Shown: positions 40,319 to 50,585, counted from the first letter of the stretch. The stretch is 64,000 nucleotides of DNA from Thermodesulfobacteriota bacterium (GCA_963675595.2 CAXXLZ010000002.1:1856001-1920000); one strand, 5' to 3'. The notes: generated from the letters alone by a model not told the origin. Made by a program: numbers and translations.

Positions 40319-41793
40319 CAGCGACCTCCTGCGTTTTGAGCGGCATGTGCCATAAACTGCCATAACCTTGACGGAATATACAACCCAAGGATCAGAACGC
40401 CCGCACAAAGCGCGACCGACGGTCCGCTGAACCATATTTGCTCTCTGAAATCATTTGGTTGGGAGTTTGATTCCATGGTTTGTTCTGCCTGGCCAAATGT
40501 CATGGGGATCACAATTTTTGCCATAGCGATGAAAATAACAAACAGAAACAACAGATAGAAACCCGCAATAAACCACCGGCTGTTTTCGATGATTCCCTTG
40601 AATATGACCAACTCACTTGTAAACAGACCGAACGGGGGAGACCCGGTAATGGCCAGAAAACCGGCAAACCACAGAAAACCGGTTATAGGAAGGGTTTTAA
40701 AGACATGCCGCACATCCGCAGCATTTTTGGTTTTATAAAAATGCAACAACTGGCCGCTGCATAAAAACAGCATTCCCTTGGTCAGGGAGTGGCTGGTGGC
40801 ATGGAGCATGGCACCGGTTCCTGAAAGGCCGCCGATGCCGATACCCAGGGAAAGAATGCCCATGTGTTCGATGCTCGAATAGGCCAGCATCCGTTTATAA
40901 TCAGGTTGATGGATGATAAAGACCGCTGCGATCAACATTGAGAGCAAGCCAAAAAACACCAACAGCTCTCCGCTGAAATTCCTCAAGCCTGCTGCAGATA
41001 GAACACTGTGGCCGCGCAAAATTCCAAGAAACGCGCAGTTCAGCAAAGCGCCGGATAACAAGGTCGATACCATGGACGGTGCTTCGCTGTGGGCGTCGGG
41101 AAGCCAGTTGTGCATGGGGGCCAGGCCCATTTTTGTGCCGTATCCGACCAGAAACATAATAAAGGAGGCTTTCAGCCACAAGGGGTTTAACTGGCCGGCG
41201 TGGGATGTCAACGCCTCGACATTGAGGTGCAACCGGCCGGAACCGGCATAGGACAGAAAAAAATTTCCCAAAAGCGCCAGGGCGATTCCAACCGAACAAA
41301 TCAATAAATATTTCCAGGTGGCCTCCAGGCTGCGGTGGTGTTTATGGAAACTGATCAACGGCGCGCTCGCCAAGGTGGTCGCTTCAACCGCCACCCAAAG
41401 CAGCCCGAAGTTCCTGCTTATACAGACCAGGCTCATGGCGGATAAAAACAGGAGTAAACAGCCGATAAAGATGGATTCGGGATGGTTGACAAACAAAAAG
41501 CCTTCAACCGCGTCCTGGGTGGTTTGACCGGCTTCCCTAGACAGGTACAGGATAGTGTAGAAGGATACGGCTGCGAAAAGGATACTGGTAATACTTAAAA
41601 ATAACAGCCCGGTATCATCCAGGCCGATCCATTCATTGAAGGGAATACCGTTTCGATGCATGGCTAAAAGGACAACCGAAATGCCGTGCGCGACACCTCC
41701 GGCGATTAAAAGCAACCAGCGCAGCGGCCGGTTACGAATAACCAAGGCGATGAGTCCCAAAGTAGCCGGTATTAGAACGATATGTAGTAACAT
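40318..41793 (-). CDS. hyfF: HyfF-like antiporter-type membrane subunit
   Basis: WVAVEATT, EATWKY, GYGTKMGLAP, WLPDAH.EAP, KRMLAYSSIEH. Confidence 0.85.
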   Translation of the reverse strand: MLLHIVLIPATLGLIALVIRNRPLRWLLLIAGGVAHGISVVLLAMHRNGIPFNEWIGLDDTGLLFLSITSILFAAVSFYTILYLSREAGQTTQDAVEGFLFVNHPESIFIGCLLLFLSAMSLVCISRNFGLLWVAVEATTLASAPLISFHKHHRSLEATWKYLLICSVGIALALLGNFFLSYAGSGRLHLNVEALTSHAGQLNPLWLKASFIMFLVGYGTKMGLAPMHNWLPDAHSEAPSMVSTLLSGALLNCAFLGILRGHSVLSAAGLRNFSGELLVFFGLLSMLIAAVFIIHQPDYKRMLAYSSIEHMGILSLGIGIGGLSGTGAMLHATSHSLTKGMLFLCSGQLLHFYKTKNAADVRHVFKTLPITGFLWFAGFLAITGSPPFGLFTSELVIFKGIIENSRWFIAGFYLLFLFVIFIAMAKIVIPMTFGQAEQTMESNSQPNDFREQIWFSGPSVALCAGVLILGLYIPSRLWQFMAHAAQNAGGR

Positions 41794-41803
41794 GGCACGA
41801 TTC

Positions 41804-42460
41804 CTAATCCTTCAGTTCCGATAAACGGTCGGTATCGATATGGTCAAACTCACTGTTGATTTGATAGATGGTAATCCCCATGATAAAAACAGCCACGAAA
41901 ACGTCCAGAAGCACACCCATTTCAACTAAAAGCGGTTCTTTGATCGCTAAGGCCGCGCCAAACAGGTATACCCCATTTTCCATCGTCAGATACCCGATGA
42001 CCTGCGTCAGCGCTTTGCGCCGTGAAATAATAATCATCAACCCTATCAACAGAGAGAAGAGTGCGCTGGGTAGCAGAAAATGGGAAGATAGATTTGCATC
42101 TGTTCCAAATCGATAGGAAATAAGAAAGCATACCCCCAACAGGATGATTCCCACCATAATAGAGAAATCGTATCCTACGAAGGGTTCGATCTCACGCTGG
42201 ATATTTGTTTTTTGCACGGCGTGTTTCAAAAGCCGGGGCAAAATCCAGCCTTTGACTGCCAAAGTGATCAGTGCAAGCATCACCAATCGAAAAGACAAGG
42301 CCGAGGCCGATGGCGCCAAAGCAATTGGAATGGCGCACAGCGCAATTGCCTGAATCTGCATTGTATCGATTAAACCAAAAAGGCGACTGCTGGCCAGGAG
42401 CCTGAAATTTGTCAATACGACGCCAAGAACCAAAATTTCAGCCCATAACGAATTATTCAT
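41804..42460 (-). CDS. hyfE: HyfE-like membrane subunit
   Basis: QVIGYLTMENG, PLLVEMGVLLD; ATGA overlap with the upstream gene. Confidence 0.85.
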   Translation of the reverse strand: MNNSLWAEILVLGVVLTNFRLLASSRLFGLIDTMQIQAIALCAIPIALAPSASALSFRLVMLALITLAVKGWILPRLLKHAVQKTNIQREIEPFVGYDFSIMVGIILLGVCFLISYRFGTDANLSSHFLLPSALFSLLIGLMIIISRRKALTQVIGYLTMENGVYLFGAALAIKEPLLVEMGVLLDVFVAVFIMGITIYQINSEFDHIDTDRLSELKD

Positions 42461-43371
42461 TTTATCACCCAAATAAATGCCGTCAGTGACAATGCCGCGG
42501 CCGCGATCATCATCTGCGGAAGCCGCAAGAGCCGCAGACGGGCCATGGTCGACTCGATGATACCAATCATGACGGCAATAAGAAAAATGCCGCCGATACC
42601 GATAATAAGATCGATGTGGGGGCTACCGGCGCGGAAAGGAAATGCGATTCCGATCAATAGCGCTGAGAACGTCCATAATTTCAAAGCAGATGCGTATTCA
42701 ATGAAGGCCAGGTCGATTCCGCCGTAATCCAGGATCATCACCTCATGGATCATGGTCAGTTCCAGATGGGTGGTTGGGTCGTCTACCGGTATGCGGGCAT
42801 TTTCAGTCAAAAGCACGATAATCAAGGCGCCGGTAATCAGAAGTACCGCTGCATTGGTCTGCGACGTTGATGTGGACCAAAGGGATTTTATCATACCGGA
42901 AAGATCAAGCTGTCCGGTTCCGGCGGCTAAGACCGCCAGACAGGTTAAGAAAATCGGTTCAGCCAGCAGGGAAAGCTGCATTTCGCGTGAAGCGCCCATG
43001 CCTTCAAAGGCCGATCCGGTATCCAGTGCGGCAAGAACAATGACAAATCGCATCAACCCTAAAATGTAAGCCAGAAAAATGATATCGCCGCGAAAAGACA
43101 GAACAGACCGATACCCCATGACAGGTATCAGGAGCAAAGCGGTCAGCGCCACGGACAGGCTGATGATGGGCGCTGCGCGAAATATCCATGACGTGGTTTG
43201 GCTGTAGACCGCGCCTTTATGCAACAGCTTGAACAGATCATAATAGGCTTGGAGCAGTGGCTGTCCTTTGCGGCCGCCGTAAAAGGCTTTGGTGCGATTG
43301 ATCACACCAACAAGTAAAGGCGATAGAATAAGCGCAGAAAACCATGACAGAATATGGAACAATGGATTCAT
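42457..43371 (-). CDS. hyfC: HyfC/NuoH-like membrane subunit
   Basis: GRKGQPLLQ.YYDL.KL, FEGMGASRE, ENARIPVD, HLELTMIHE. Confidence 0.85.
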   Translation of the reverse strand: MNPLFHILSWFSALILSPLLVGVINRTKAFYGGRKGQPLLQAYYDLFKLLHKGAVYSQTTSWIFRAAPIISLSVALTALLLIPVMGYRSVLSFRGDIIFLAYILGLMRFVIVLAALDTGSAFEGMGASREMQLSLLAEPIFLTCLAVLAAGTGQLDLSGMIKSLWSTSTSQTNAAVLLITGALIIVLLTENARIPVDDPTTHLELTMIHEVMILDYGGIDLAFIEYASALKLWTFSALLIGIAFPFRAGSPHIDLIIGIGGIFLIAVMIGIIESTMARLRLLRLPQMMIAAAALSLTAFIWVIK

Positions 43372-43376
43372 GATGA

Positions 43377-45362
43377 TCACCTCCCCGTCAATACCAACAA
43401 TACGAGTACGGTCAGGGCGATATATAGAATATACAACTGGTTGCGCCCTTGTTGAAGGCGGTGCAGCCAAACGGCGACAGTATCTGAAAGCCGAAACAAT
43501 GGTTCAAACAGACAATTTCTGAACAGGTCAAAGGTGTGCGTGGAAAATCGGGCCTGCCTGGGAAAATCAATCTCTTCCATCTGAAAATGACGCTGTGTCC
43601 GTAAGATGTGGCGGAACATGTCAATAACCGGCTGAGCAAAGGAGGAGGCCGTGTATTGCATTCGAGCGTCGGGGGCGACATAACCGCAATCCCAGGTCAG
43701 GCCGGTTTCCACTGTTTGGCGACTGATGAGCCGACGTCGGATCAGGGTGACCGCGATGATAAAACCGAACAGAACGCCGGAAACAAGAGTTATCGGCGAC
43801 AGCAGCGGTAAAAACCCGGCGTTAAGGTCGGCTGCCGGGAGATGATGAAGCGACCTCACCGCAGGCAGTACCAGCCGGATGCAAAACGGCGCGGAAACGC
43901 CGATGGCGACACAAAAAAACGCAAGAATCGCCATGGGAAACCACATGCCCGGAGATGCCTCGTTTGCTTTCGCGGCATTCTCACTGCGGGGCGCGCCTAA
44001 AAAGATGATTCCGAAAACCTTGGTAAAGCAGGTGGCGGCCAGACCGCCGATCAATGCCAGGCTGATTATAACGATAATACCGGCGGCAATGACATGTCCT
44101 GACGCAGCGGTGTCGCTGATGAAGTTATATCCTCCCAGATAAATCAGAAATTCACTCACAAAACCGTTAAACGGCGGAATACCGCAAATTGAAATCGCTC
44201 CGACCAGAAACAGAAGTGCGGTTTTCGGCATTAATTTTTGCAGACCGCCGAGTCGGTCGATATCCAGCGTATGGGTCGCGTGTTTGACGATTCCGGCGCC
44301 AAGAAAAAGCAAGCTCTTAAAAATGGAGTGGTTGCAGACATGCAGCAACCCTCCGGTCAGCCCTAGGACAGCGATGAAGGGGTGCTGCGTTACGGTGCCG
44401 ATCAGCCAAAGGCCCAATCCCAGGCAGATGATGCCGATATTTTCAATGCTGTGATAAGCCAACAGCCGTTTCAGATCATGTTGCGGCAGGGCAAAGAGCA
44501 CCCCCAGGATACCGGAAGTCGCGCCGATGATCAGCAGGGTATAACCCCACCACAGTTCCGGCGGACCAAGCATTGGAATGACGCGTAAAAGACCATAAAT
44601 CCCGGTTTTGATCATAACACCGCTCATGACCGCCGATACATGGGAGGGCGCTGCCGGATGCGCCTCAGGCAGCCACACATGCAGCGGTATAAAACCCGCT
44701 TTTGCACCGAAACCGAGCAAGGCCAGAATAAAGAGCACCCCTGCCGTGAAGGGGCTCGACGGCCATGCCATACGATCAAAATCCAGATTGATGTCCGATC
44801 CCGCAAGGAGCACGAACAAGGCTATCAGGCAGCCGGCCCCGAAATGGGCGGCAATCATATATGTCCAGCCGGCCTGGCGAACCTCCTGTTTCTCATGCTC
44901 GAACATCACCAGAAAGAAGGAGGACAAGGACATCCCTTCCCAGGCCATGATAAACAGAACCCCGTTACGGGCCATGACAACCAGCAGCATACTGGCGAAC
45001 AGAAGGTTATAAAAACACCATGTCACGCCCATGTTCTTATGCCCTTCATAGTCTTTCAGATAACCGACCCCGAAAGCCGCGCAGATGGCGCAGACAAAGG
45101 AGATGATGATGATAAACAGCGCGGAAAGGGGATCAACGGCAATAAAAAAGCTGCCAAAGGGAATCGACCAAGCCAATTGATGTGAAATCGTCCGGCCGGT
45201 CCAGAGGATGTTAATGGCCGGAATGATGGACAACACCGTGCCCGTTATGCAAACGGCCATTCCCCAGAACGTCCCCTGCCTGCCGGAGTTTTTCAACAAA
45301 GCGCCGGAAATGCCGCCAAGCGTCAAAATCGCAACTGAAAGTAACAATATGTTTATCATCAT
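43377..45362 (-). CDS. hyfB: HyfB-like antiporter-type membrane subunit
   Basis: KAGFIPLHVWLPEAHPAAPSHVSA, KRLLAYHSIEN, PPFNGFVSE, TWDCGY...RMQYT. Confidence 0.88.
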   Translation of the reverse strand: MMINILLLSVAILTLGGISGALLKNSGRQGTFWGMAVCITGTVLSIIPAINILWTGRTISHQLAWSIPFGSFFIAVDPLSALFIIIISFVCAICAAFGVGYLKDYEGHKNMGVTWCFYNLLFASMLLVVMARNGVLFIMAWEGMSLSSFFLVMFEHEKQEVRQAGWTYMIAAHFGAGCLIALFVLLAGSDINLDFDRMAWPSSPFTAGVLFILALLGFGAKAGFIPLHVWLPEAHPAAPSHVSAVMSGVMIKTGIYGLLRVIPMLGPPELWWGYTLLIIGATSGILGVLFALPQHDLKRLLAYHSIENIGIICLGLGLWLIGTVTQHPFIAVLGLTGGLLHVCNHSIFKSLLFLGAGIVKHATHTLDIDRLGGLQKLMPKTALLFLVGAISICGIPPFNGFVSEFLIYLGGYNFISDTAASGHVIAAGIIVIISLALIGGLAATCFTKVFGIIFLGAPRSENAAKANEASPGMWFPMAILAFFCVAIGVSAPFCIRLVLPAVRSLHHLPAADLNAGFLPLLSPITLVSGVLFGFIIAVTLIRRRLISRQTVETGLTWDCGYVAPDARMQYTASSFAQPVIDMFRHILRTQRHFQMEEIDFPRQARFSTHTFDLFRNCLFEPLFRLSDTVAVWLHRLQQGRNQLYILYIALTVLVLLVLTGR

Positions 45363-46069
45363 GATGCAGATCTCTTTGTGGTTGATGCCATTTGAGAAAC
45401 ATGGAGGTCCAAATCAGCGGCGGCCTGAAGGATTTCCTCCCGTGAACCATTATGCGCGATGACTTTTGAAAAACGATCGTACCGCAAGCCATAGGATATT
45501 TTGGACAACAGGCTTAAATGTGCTTTGACGGTCGGACTGACGATGGTGAACAAAGTGCGCACGGGCAGGCCGTCGATGGCTTGAAAGTCAATTGGATTTT
45601 CCAGAAAACAGATTGACACCAGCGCCCGGTTTATGTGCAGAGTAATCGGACTGCGGGCATGCGGGATGGCAATCCCGTTTCCAACGGCGGTTGATCCCAA
45701 CGATTCTCTTGCCAAAAGAACCTGGAATAAGAAATCCCGATCTACTTCTTGCGGCAGCGCCAGAATATCGACCACACTTTGCAGTACGCTAGCCTTGTCG
45801 CCGCCTTCGACATGATAATGAATCCCACCGGTTTTCAAGGCTTCAGCCAGGGAAGGGATATAGGTATCTTCAGGTTCTTCCAGCAGTTTGGGTGAAATCG
45901 ACATTTTGTTGGATATTACCCATTCCAAAAGCTCGGGCCGATTGAACCGGTATTGGTTGTTTACTTGGTGAACCGGCAATTTTTTCTGGGCAATCCAGCG
46001 ATAAATGGTTTTTTCCGATACATCCAATAACTCGGCAGCGTCTTTGACACGGAGCTTCATTGGTGCCAT
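45359..46069 (-). CDS. excisionase-type HTH fused to a PTS EIIA(Ntr)-like domain
   Basis: N-terminal VKDAAELLDVSEKTIYRW...YRF; C-terminal RE..GSTAVGNGIAIPH with the phospho-His; ATGA overlap with hyfB. Confidence 0.88.
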   Translation of the reverse strand: MAPMKLRVKDAAELLDVSEKTIYRWIAQKKLPVHQVNNQYRFNRPELLEWVISNKMSISPKLLEEPEDTYIPSLAEALKTGGIHYHVEGGDKASVLQSVVDILALPQEVDRDFLFQVLLARESLGSTAVGNGIAIPHARSPITLHINRALVSICFLENPIDFQAIDGLPVRTLFTIVSPTVKAHLSLLSKISYGLRYDRFSKVIAHNGSREEILQAAADLDLHVSQMASTTKRSAS

Positions 46070-46100
46070 CCTCTCCTCATGTCGTATTTATACCCATAAT

Positions 46101-46144
46101 TGGACATTTATGGACATCGTGTGACTTTGATTGTCTTTTGTCAA
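46101..46144 (-). promoter_or_regulatory. Ehr operon promoter overlapped by four 10-bp-phased direct repeats
   Basis: TTGACA (46144-46139), 17-bp spacer, CACGAT (46121-46116); plus-strand blocks TGGACATTTA/TGGACATCGT/GTGACTTTGA/TTGTCTTTTG. Confidence 0.6.
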
Positions 46145-46229
46145 GAGAACTGGAGTTTAGAGTCCGGCGACCCTTTGGCATAGGTAAAATGCGAATAACT
46201 TCAAGGAATTACTTGACATTGCCGCGCGG

Positions 46230-47144
46230 ATGCGCGGCCGCCTTGGGGGGCAACCAACGGATTCGACGGCTCAAGCACTTGAGCTCCTGTCGCAGTGGAT
46301 TTCCTTTCAATCTCAGGCCGTTCCGTGCAGAATCGCTCCGACTCTTCCGGCACTCCTGATGGGATGTATGGTCTGCCGCAGCGGCCATATTTCTTCCGCG
46401 CTTCCGGCAGTCCGACCCCGGTTGTCCTGGACCGCCTATTACAGGGCCGGCGAAAAAGGCCGGTTCCAATGGCTCGCACTGGCCCGGCAATGGATGCACC
46501 TCATCCTGAAGCGGATTCCAAACCGATCCATCGAGTTCACCATAGACGACTTCCCTTTGCCTCAATCGTCCAAGAACGCTCCCTGCGCCGCTTGGCATTA
46601 CGATCACGCACACCGACCCAACCGCCCCAAATTCCTGTGGGGACAGCTTCGGGTTTCTCTGGCGTTCATCTGCCGCCACAAGGGCCGGGTAGCCGCATTT
46701 CCCCTCTTGTTTCGGCTCATCCGCAAGAAAGGGAACACGACCAAACTGGACGCAGCATGGCTCTTGATGTCCGTTCTCATGACCTGGCTGCCGGATCGCT
46801 TTCTCCTTATTCCGCTGCTCGATGCCTGGTATATGAAAAGCTTCATGGTGCTTCCCCTGATTCGCGAAGGTGTGACGGTCATCGGCCAAGTCCGCAAAGA
46901 TACCGCCCTGTTTTTGCCTCCGGACAATCCGCCTCGGAAGAAACGGAACAGACCCGGAAGGTATGGGCAAAAACTCACCTTGGAAAACATCGAACGATTG
47001 TGTTGTCCGGTGGAGAGAACCCTCTTTGCCTACGGGTCGGAACGAGTTTTCCGCCTGCGGCGAAAGAATAATCCGGGTAGTCGTTTTGCCGGTGGTATTG
47101 CTGAAATGAACAGGGCCGGGTACGGTTGCGGGTTGTGCCGGTGA
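46230..47144 (+). pseudogene. truncated DDE transposase (IS701/IS4-like)
   Basis: FTIDD, HYDHAHRPN..F.WGQ, LLDAWY, IGQVRKD.AL, R.YG.K; the C-terminal R..IE motif is missing. Confidence 0.75.
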
Positions 47145-47278
47145 AGGTGCCGATGGAGCCGATTACCTGCCAACCGACCCAGGTCGGAAAGGTCGCGTCA
47201 TGCTTCATCGCCCGACAGGCGAGGGCCCTGCACTCGCTACGACATGACCTCGAAGTTCGTACGCATTCAGGAGGACTC

Positions 47279-47429
47279 CCGCTTTGCTCCTACGAATCGC
47301 CTACGGAATTCGCAAAACGCACAGCGTGTACCGTCCAACGTAGTAACATACTTCGAGTTTTTAGGAAGGAGCCCGAGGGAACCCTTTTTTCAAAAAGGGT
47401 TCCCTCGGATACCCCCATGAATGCTCACC
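47279..47429 (+). repeat. family C dispersed repeat, copy 1 (about 150 bp)
   Basis: Colinear with 59868-60019; hairpin CCGAGGGAACCCTTTT..AAAAGGGTTCCCTCGG. Confidence 0.75.
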
Positions 47430-47434
47430 GAAGT

Positions 47435-49831
47435 TCAAAGAGGAGCCGGCGGGATCATTTCCCACAACAGGCAAACTCGGACATTGTAGATATCGCCGCG
47501 TCGAGGCCTGATGGTGAACCCCTCTCTTTCCACCCGGCTTTCATCGAAGCGTTCGGCAAGTTCATTGACGGCCCGGGCCTGCTCGTCTTCCAGTTGGGCC
47601 ATTTCTCCCTCGATAAGCCTCACGGCTTCCTCGGCCCTCCGAACGTCGTCCTTTTCTTTGGCAATTCTGCCCGCTTTCCTGATCCCGCCGGCCGTTCGGT
47701 TTACGGTGGTTGAAGACAGCGCTTTGCGGCCCAAGAAGGCCCCCAGAACCGCAGTCCCGAAAGAGATCAAGGTGTCCGTGGTTCTCACCGAAACATCGCT
47801 CTTTTCCTTTTCGATTCTCGCAAGAGCGGTATCGAGTTTTTTTTGCAGACGATCGCGCCTGGTCTTGAAACCGGCGAGCAGTTTCTCCGCAGCCGCCTCC
47901 TTCTGTTCGCGCAGTCCGTCACGAATACGTACGGCAAAATCCGCTTCACTTTCCCCTGGTCGCGACTCGAGTTTCAATGACGGGGCACGCAGTAGTTCCA
48001 GGCGTTGCGTCTGATAGAGATGGTTGGAGAAATCCTTTTCGTAGGTTTGAAGACTCTTCAGTGATGAGAAAGCGCCCGGCAAACCGTAGAATGAACTCCC
48101 GTCCGGCGGCGCATCCGTGCATTCATCCAAGTTGATGGTGAGTGGTTCGGCATCGGACCATTGCAGATCGTCCGAGGTTTCATCCAGATAGATCCGGAAA
48201 CGATAGTCCCTCCTCTCATCGATATTGCGTCTAGAGTCGCGAAAGCGCACCGAGGCGCAGGCTGCGAGCCAGGGCTCGAACACAACCTGCTCCGCAAGTA
48301 CGGGAGGCAGATAAAAGCGCTGCGCCACGCCTTCGCTGAGCAAAGGGGGGCCCTCCCCCAAATCGCCGGTCCGCTCCACCGGATCCACAGCCGGGGTCCC
48401 CAGATCAGCCGCCGCATCCCGTCGTCCCTGCATCAAGGATCCGATGTCCTGCAGGCTCATGGGGCCTTTCAAGTATGACATGGCCCAGCGAGTCTCGAAA
48501 AGTAACGGCTCGTCGTAATGAGCCGAAGACAGAAGAAACCGCCGTGGTTTCATGTCGGCGAGCATGTTGCGGACCGCCGCCCGGTCCAGCAAGCCGTGAC
48601 TTGCCCCGACGATTCCGTCGAGCACCCGGTTCTGGTCTTGGGTCGTCTGCAGGCGGCCTACAAACCAGCTGCCGATATTGGACAACCCTTTGTAGTCGAG
48701 GTCTACCGGGTTCTGGGTGGCCAGCACGACACCGACACCGAAGGCCCTGGCCTGCTTGAGCAGAAGCAACATGGGTTTCTTGGAGGGTGGATTGCCGTTG
48801 GATGGGAAATAGCCGAAAATCTCGTCCATGTAGAGCAACGCCTTCAGCGAAGAGGTGCCCCGCTGAACCCGCATCCAGCCGATAACGGCATTGAGGAGCA
48901 GGGTGACGAAGAACATGCGCTCAGGCTCGCTGAGGTGAGAGATGAAGAAGATGGACGTTCTGGGCTTTCCGTCATCGCCATAAAGGATGCGCTGGATATC
49001 GAGGGCCTCGCCCTGGAGCCAGGAGCCGAAAAATGGGGCGGCAATCAAGTTGTTGATCAGCATGGCCAGATTCATGCGCTCCGGTTGCGGAAAAACACTC
49101 GAAAGTCCGAAAGCGCCCATTTTGTCGAAAGGCGGATTCACAATGGCGCCGATGAGAGATTCAATCGACAAATCTTCGCCTTTGCGCCAATGATGAAGAA
49201 GGATGGACGAGATCAGGATATGCTCTTTGCTGGTCAAAGGGTCGCCCTGGATGTTCACAAGGGACAGCAGACTCGTTGCGGTTGAGCCGACCAACGCGTT
49301 CAGTCCGTCTTGGTCCGACAGGATATCCGGCGCCGGGGCATGGAACCCGGACAATATGGATACCGGAATGCCGCTGTTGCTGCCCGGCGTATAGACCGTC
49401 ATTACCGTCTTGTCCCGCAAGGCTGCGATGCGCTCGCCCCCTTGGCCCCAAGAAGCCAGACCTTCGCGCCAGTTCCTCGCCGTCTGTTCGGCAAGATCGG
49501 CAACGGACATATTCTTGCGTGAAGCCTCGGCCGGATCGATCCAAGGTTCAAAATCCGCGGACTTCAGTTCCGGAAAACCCAGCAGCAAATTGACCATATC
49601 CCCTTTGGGGTCGATAATGATCGAAGGGATGTTGTCCATGACGGCCTCTTCGATGAGGCCGATCCCCAGACCGGTCTTTCCACTGCCCGTCATGCCGATG
49701 ATCACGCCGTGCGTTGTGAGATGCTTGCTTTTGTAGAGAAACGGCATGTCCGTATCCGGCTTGTCGCCGACGTGCGCTTCTTTTCCCAGATAGAACAACC
49801 CGAGTTTTTCATAGGGATGATTCAAATCCAC
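47435..49831 (-). CDS. HerA/FtsK-superfamily (DUF87/DUF853-like) ATPase with C-terminal coiled coil
   Basis: TTHG.IIGMTGSGKT, IDPKGD, YMDE, KQARAFG...ATQNPVDLDYK; GTG start after GAGGT. Confidence 0.85.
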   Translation of the reverse strand: MDLNHPYEKLGLFYLGKEAHVGDKPDTDMPFLYKSKHLTTHGVIIGMTGSGKTGLGIGLIEEAVMDNIPSIIIDPKGDMVNLLLGFPELKSADFEPWIDPAEASRKNMSVADLAEQTARNWREGLASWGQGGERIAALRDKTVMTVYTPGSNSGIPVSILSGFHAPAPDILSDQDGLNALVGSTATSLLSLVNIQGDPLTSKEHILISSILLHHWRKGEDLSIESLIGAIVNPPFDKMGAFGLSSVFPQPERMNLAMLINNLIAAPFFGSWLQGEALDIQRILYGDDGKPRTSIFFISHLSEPERMFFVTLLLNAVIGWMRVQRGTSSLKALLYMDEIFGYFPSNGNPPSKKPMLLLLKQARAFGVGVVLATQNPVDLDYKGLSNIGSWFVGRLQTTQDQNRVLDGIVGASHGLLDRAAVRNMLADMKPRRFLLSSAHYDEPLLFETRWAMSYLKGPMSLQDIGSLMQGRRDAAADLGTPAVDPVERTGDLGEGPPLLSEGVAQRFYLPPVLAEQVVFEPWLAACASVRFRDSRRNIDERRDYRFRIYLDETSDDLQWSDAEPLTINLDECTDAPPDGSSFYGLPGAFSSLKSLQTYEKDFSNHLYQTQRLELLRAPSLKLESRPGESEADFAVRIRDGLREQKEAAAEKLLAGFKTRRDRLQKKLDTALARIEKEKSDVSVRTTDTLISFGTAVLGAFLGRKALSSTTVNRTAGGIRKAGRIAKEKDDVRRAEEAVRLIEGEMAQLEDEQARAVNELAERFDESRVEREGFTIRPRRGDIYNVRVCLLWEMIPPAPL

Positions 49832-50585
49832 GGCGGACCTCGTTTCCCAATGGTTCCAGGTGAGACGGCGGACGGGATCAACATCGCCCCCACGTCGATC
49901 AGGCATGACATGGACTAGTTATTTATTTTGAAACGAAGTCAAGTTCTCGTGCCCGGTGAGCTCCTTTGGCGGCGTTTGTCCGATATAGAGAGAATAGTCG
50001 GTTGGAGGGCGTGCGTGGCCGTGTGCTAGGGCCTCTGAAGGCGGGAAGAAAAGCCAAGACACCGAAAATACCAGGTAAGTAGGATAGGCGTTTCTTGTCT
50101 TAGCAATGGCCGGAGTCCATCACTATTAAAGGCATACCCACAACGACGCAAGTTCCGGCCCTGTCGGTCCTCCAATTCGGCTTAGAGTGGAGGAAACCGC
50201 TTGAAATCAATACCATATTGCATTTGATGCCCTATCCGATTATAATTTTTTCAATAACAATCGGAGATTTTGAAAGATATCATTGTCAGAGCAGGATTCT
50301 CCTGTTTGTCCGACCTCATGTATCGACTCGTTTGAATAAGAAAACCGTTCGGGGGGGGTAGTATGAAGAGGAACGGGACTTCTTGCGACTGCAAGAGTTC
50401 ACGGATAGGCCACTATAAGGTATAGACATTTCGCCGATCGATTGGAAAGCACGCCCGAGCATGAGCTCCGGCCACGCAAAGCCGGACAAGGGGAAAAGCC
50501 ACAACGAGATAGGTTAATCTGTCCGACAATGACAAAATCATACCAAACATGAAACCAGCTGAAATTGTTTTGATAAAGGTGAGTC

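Noticed and set aside
50445-50500. ACGCAAAGCC suggesting a c-di-GMP-I riboswitch
   Set aside because: The GNAAA-led P2 stem with GNRA loop and the receptor helix are not present
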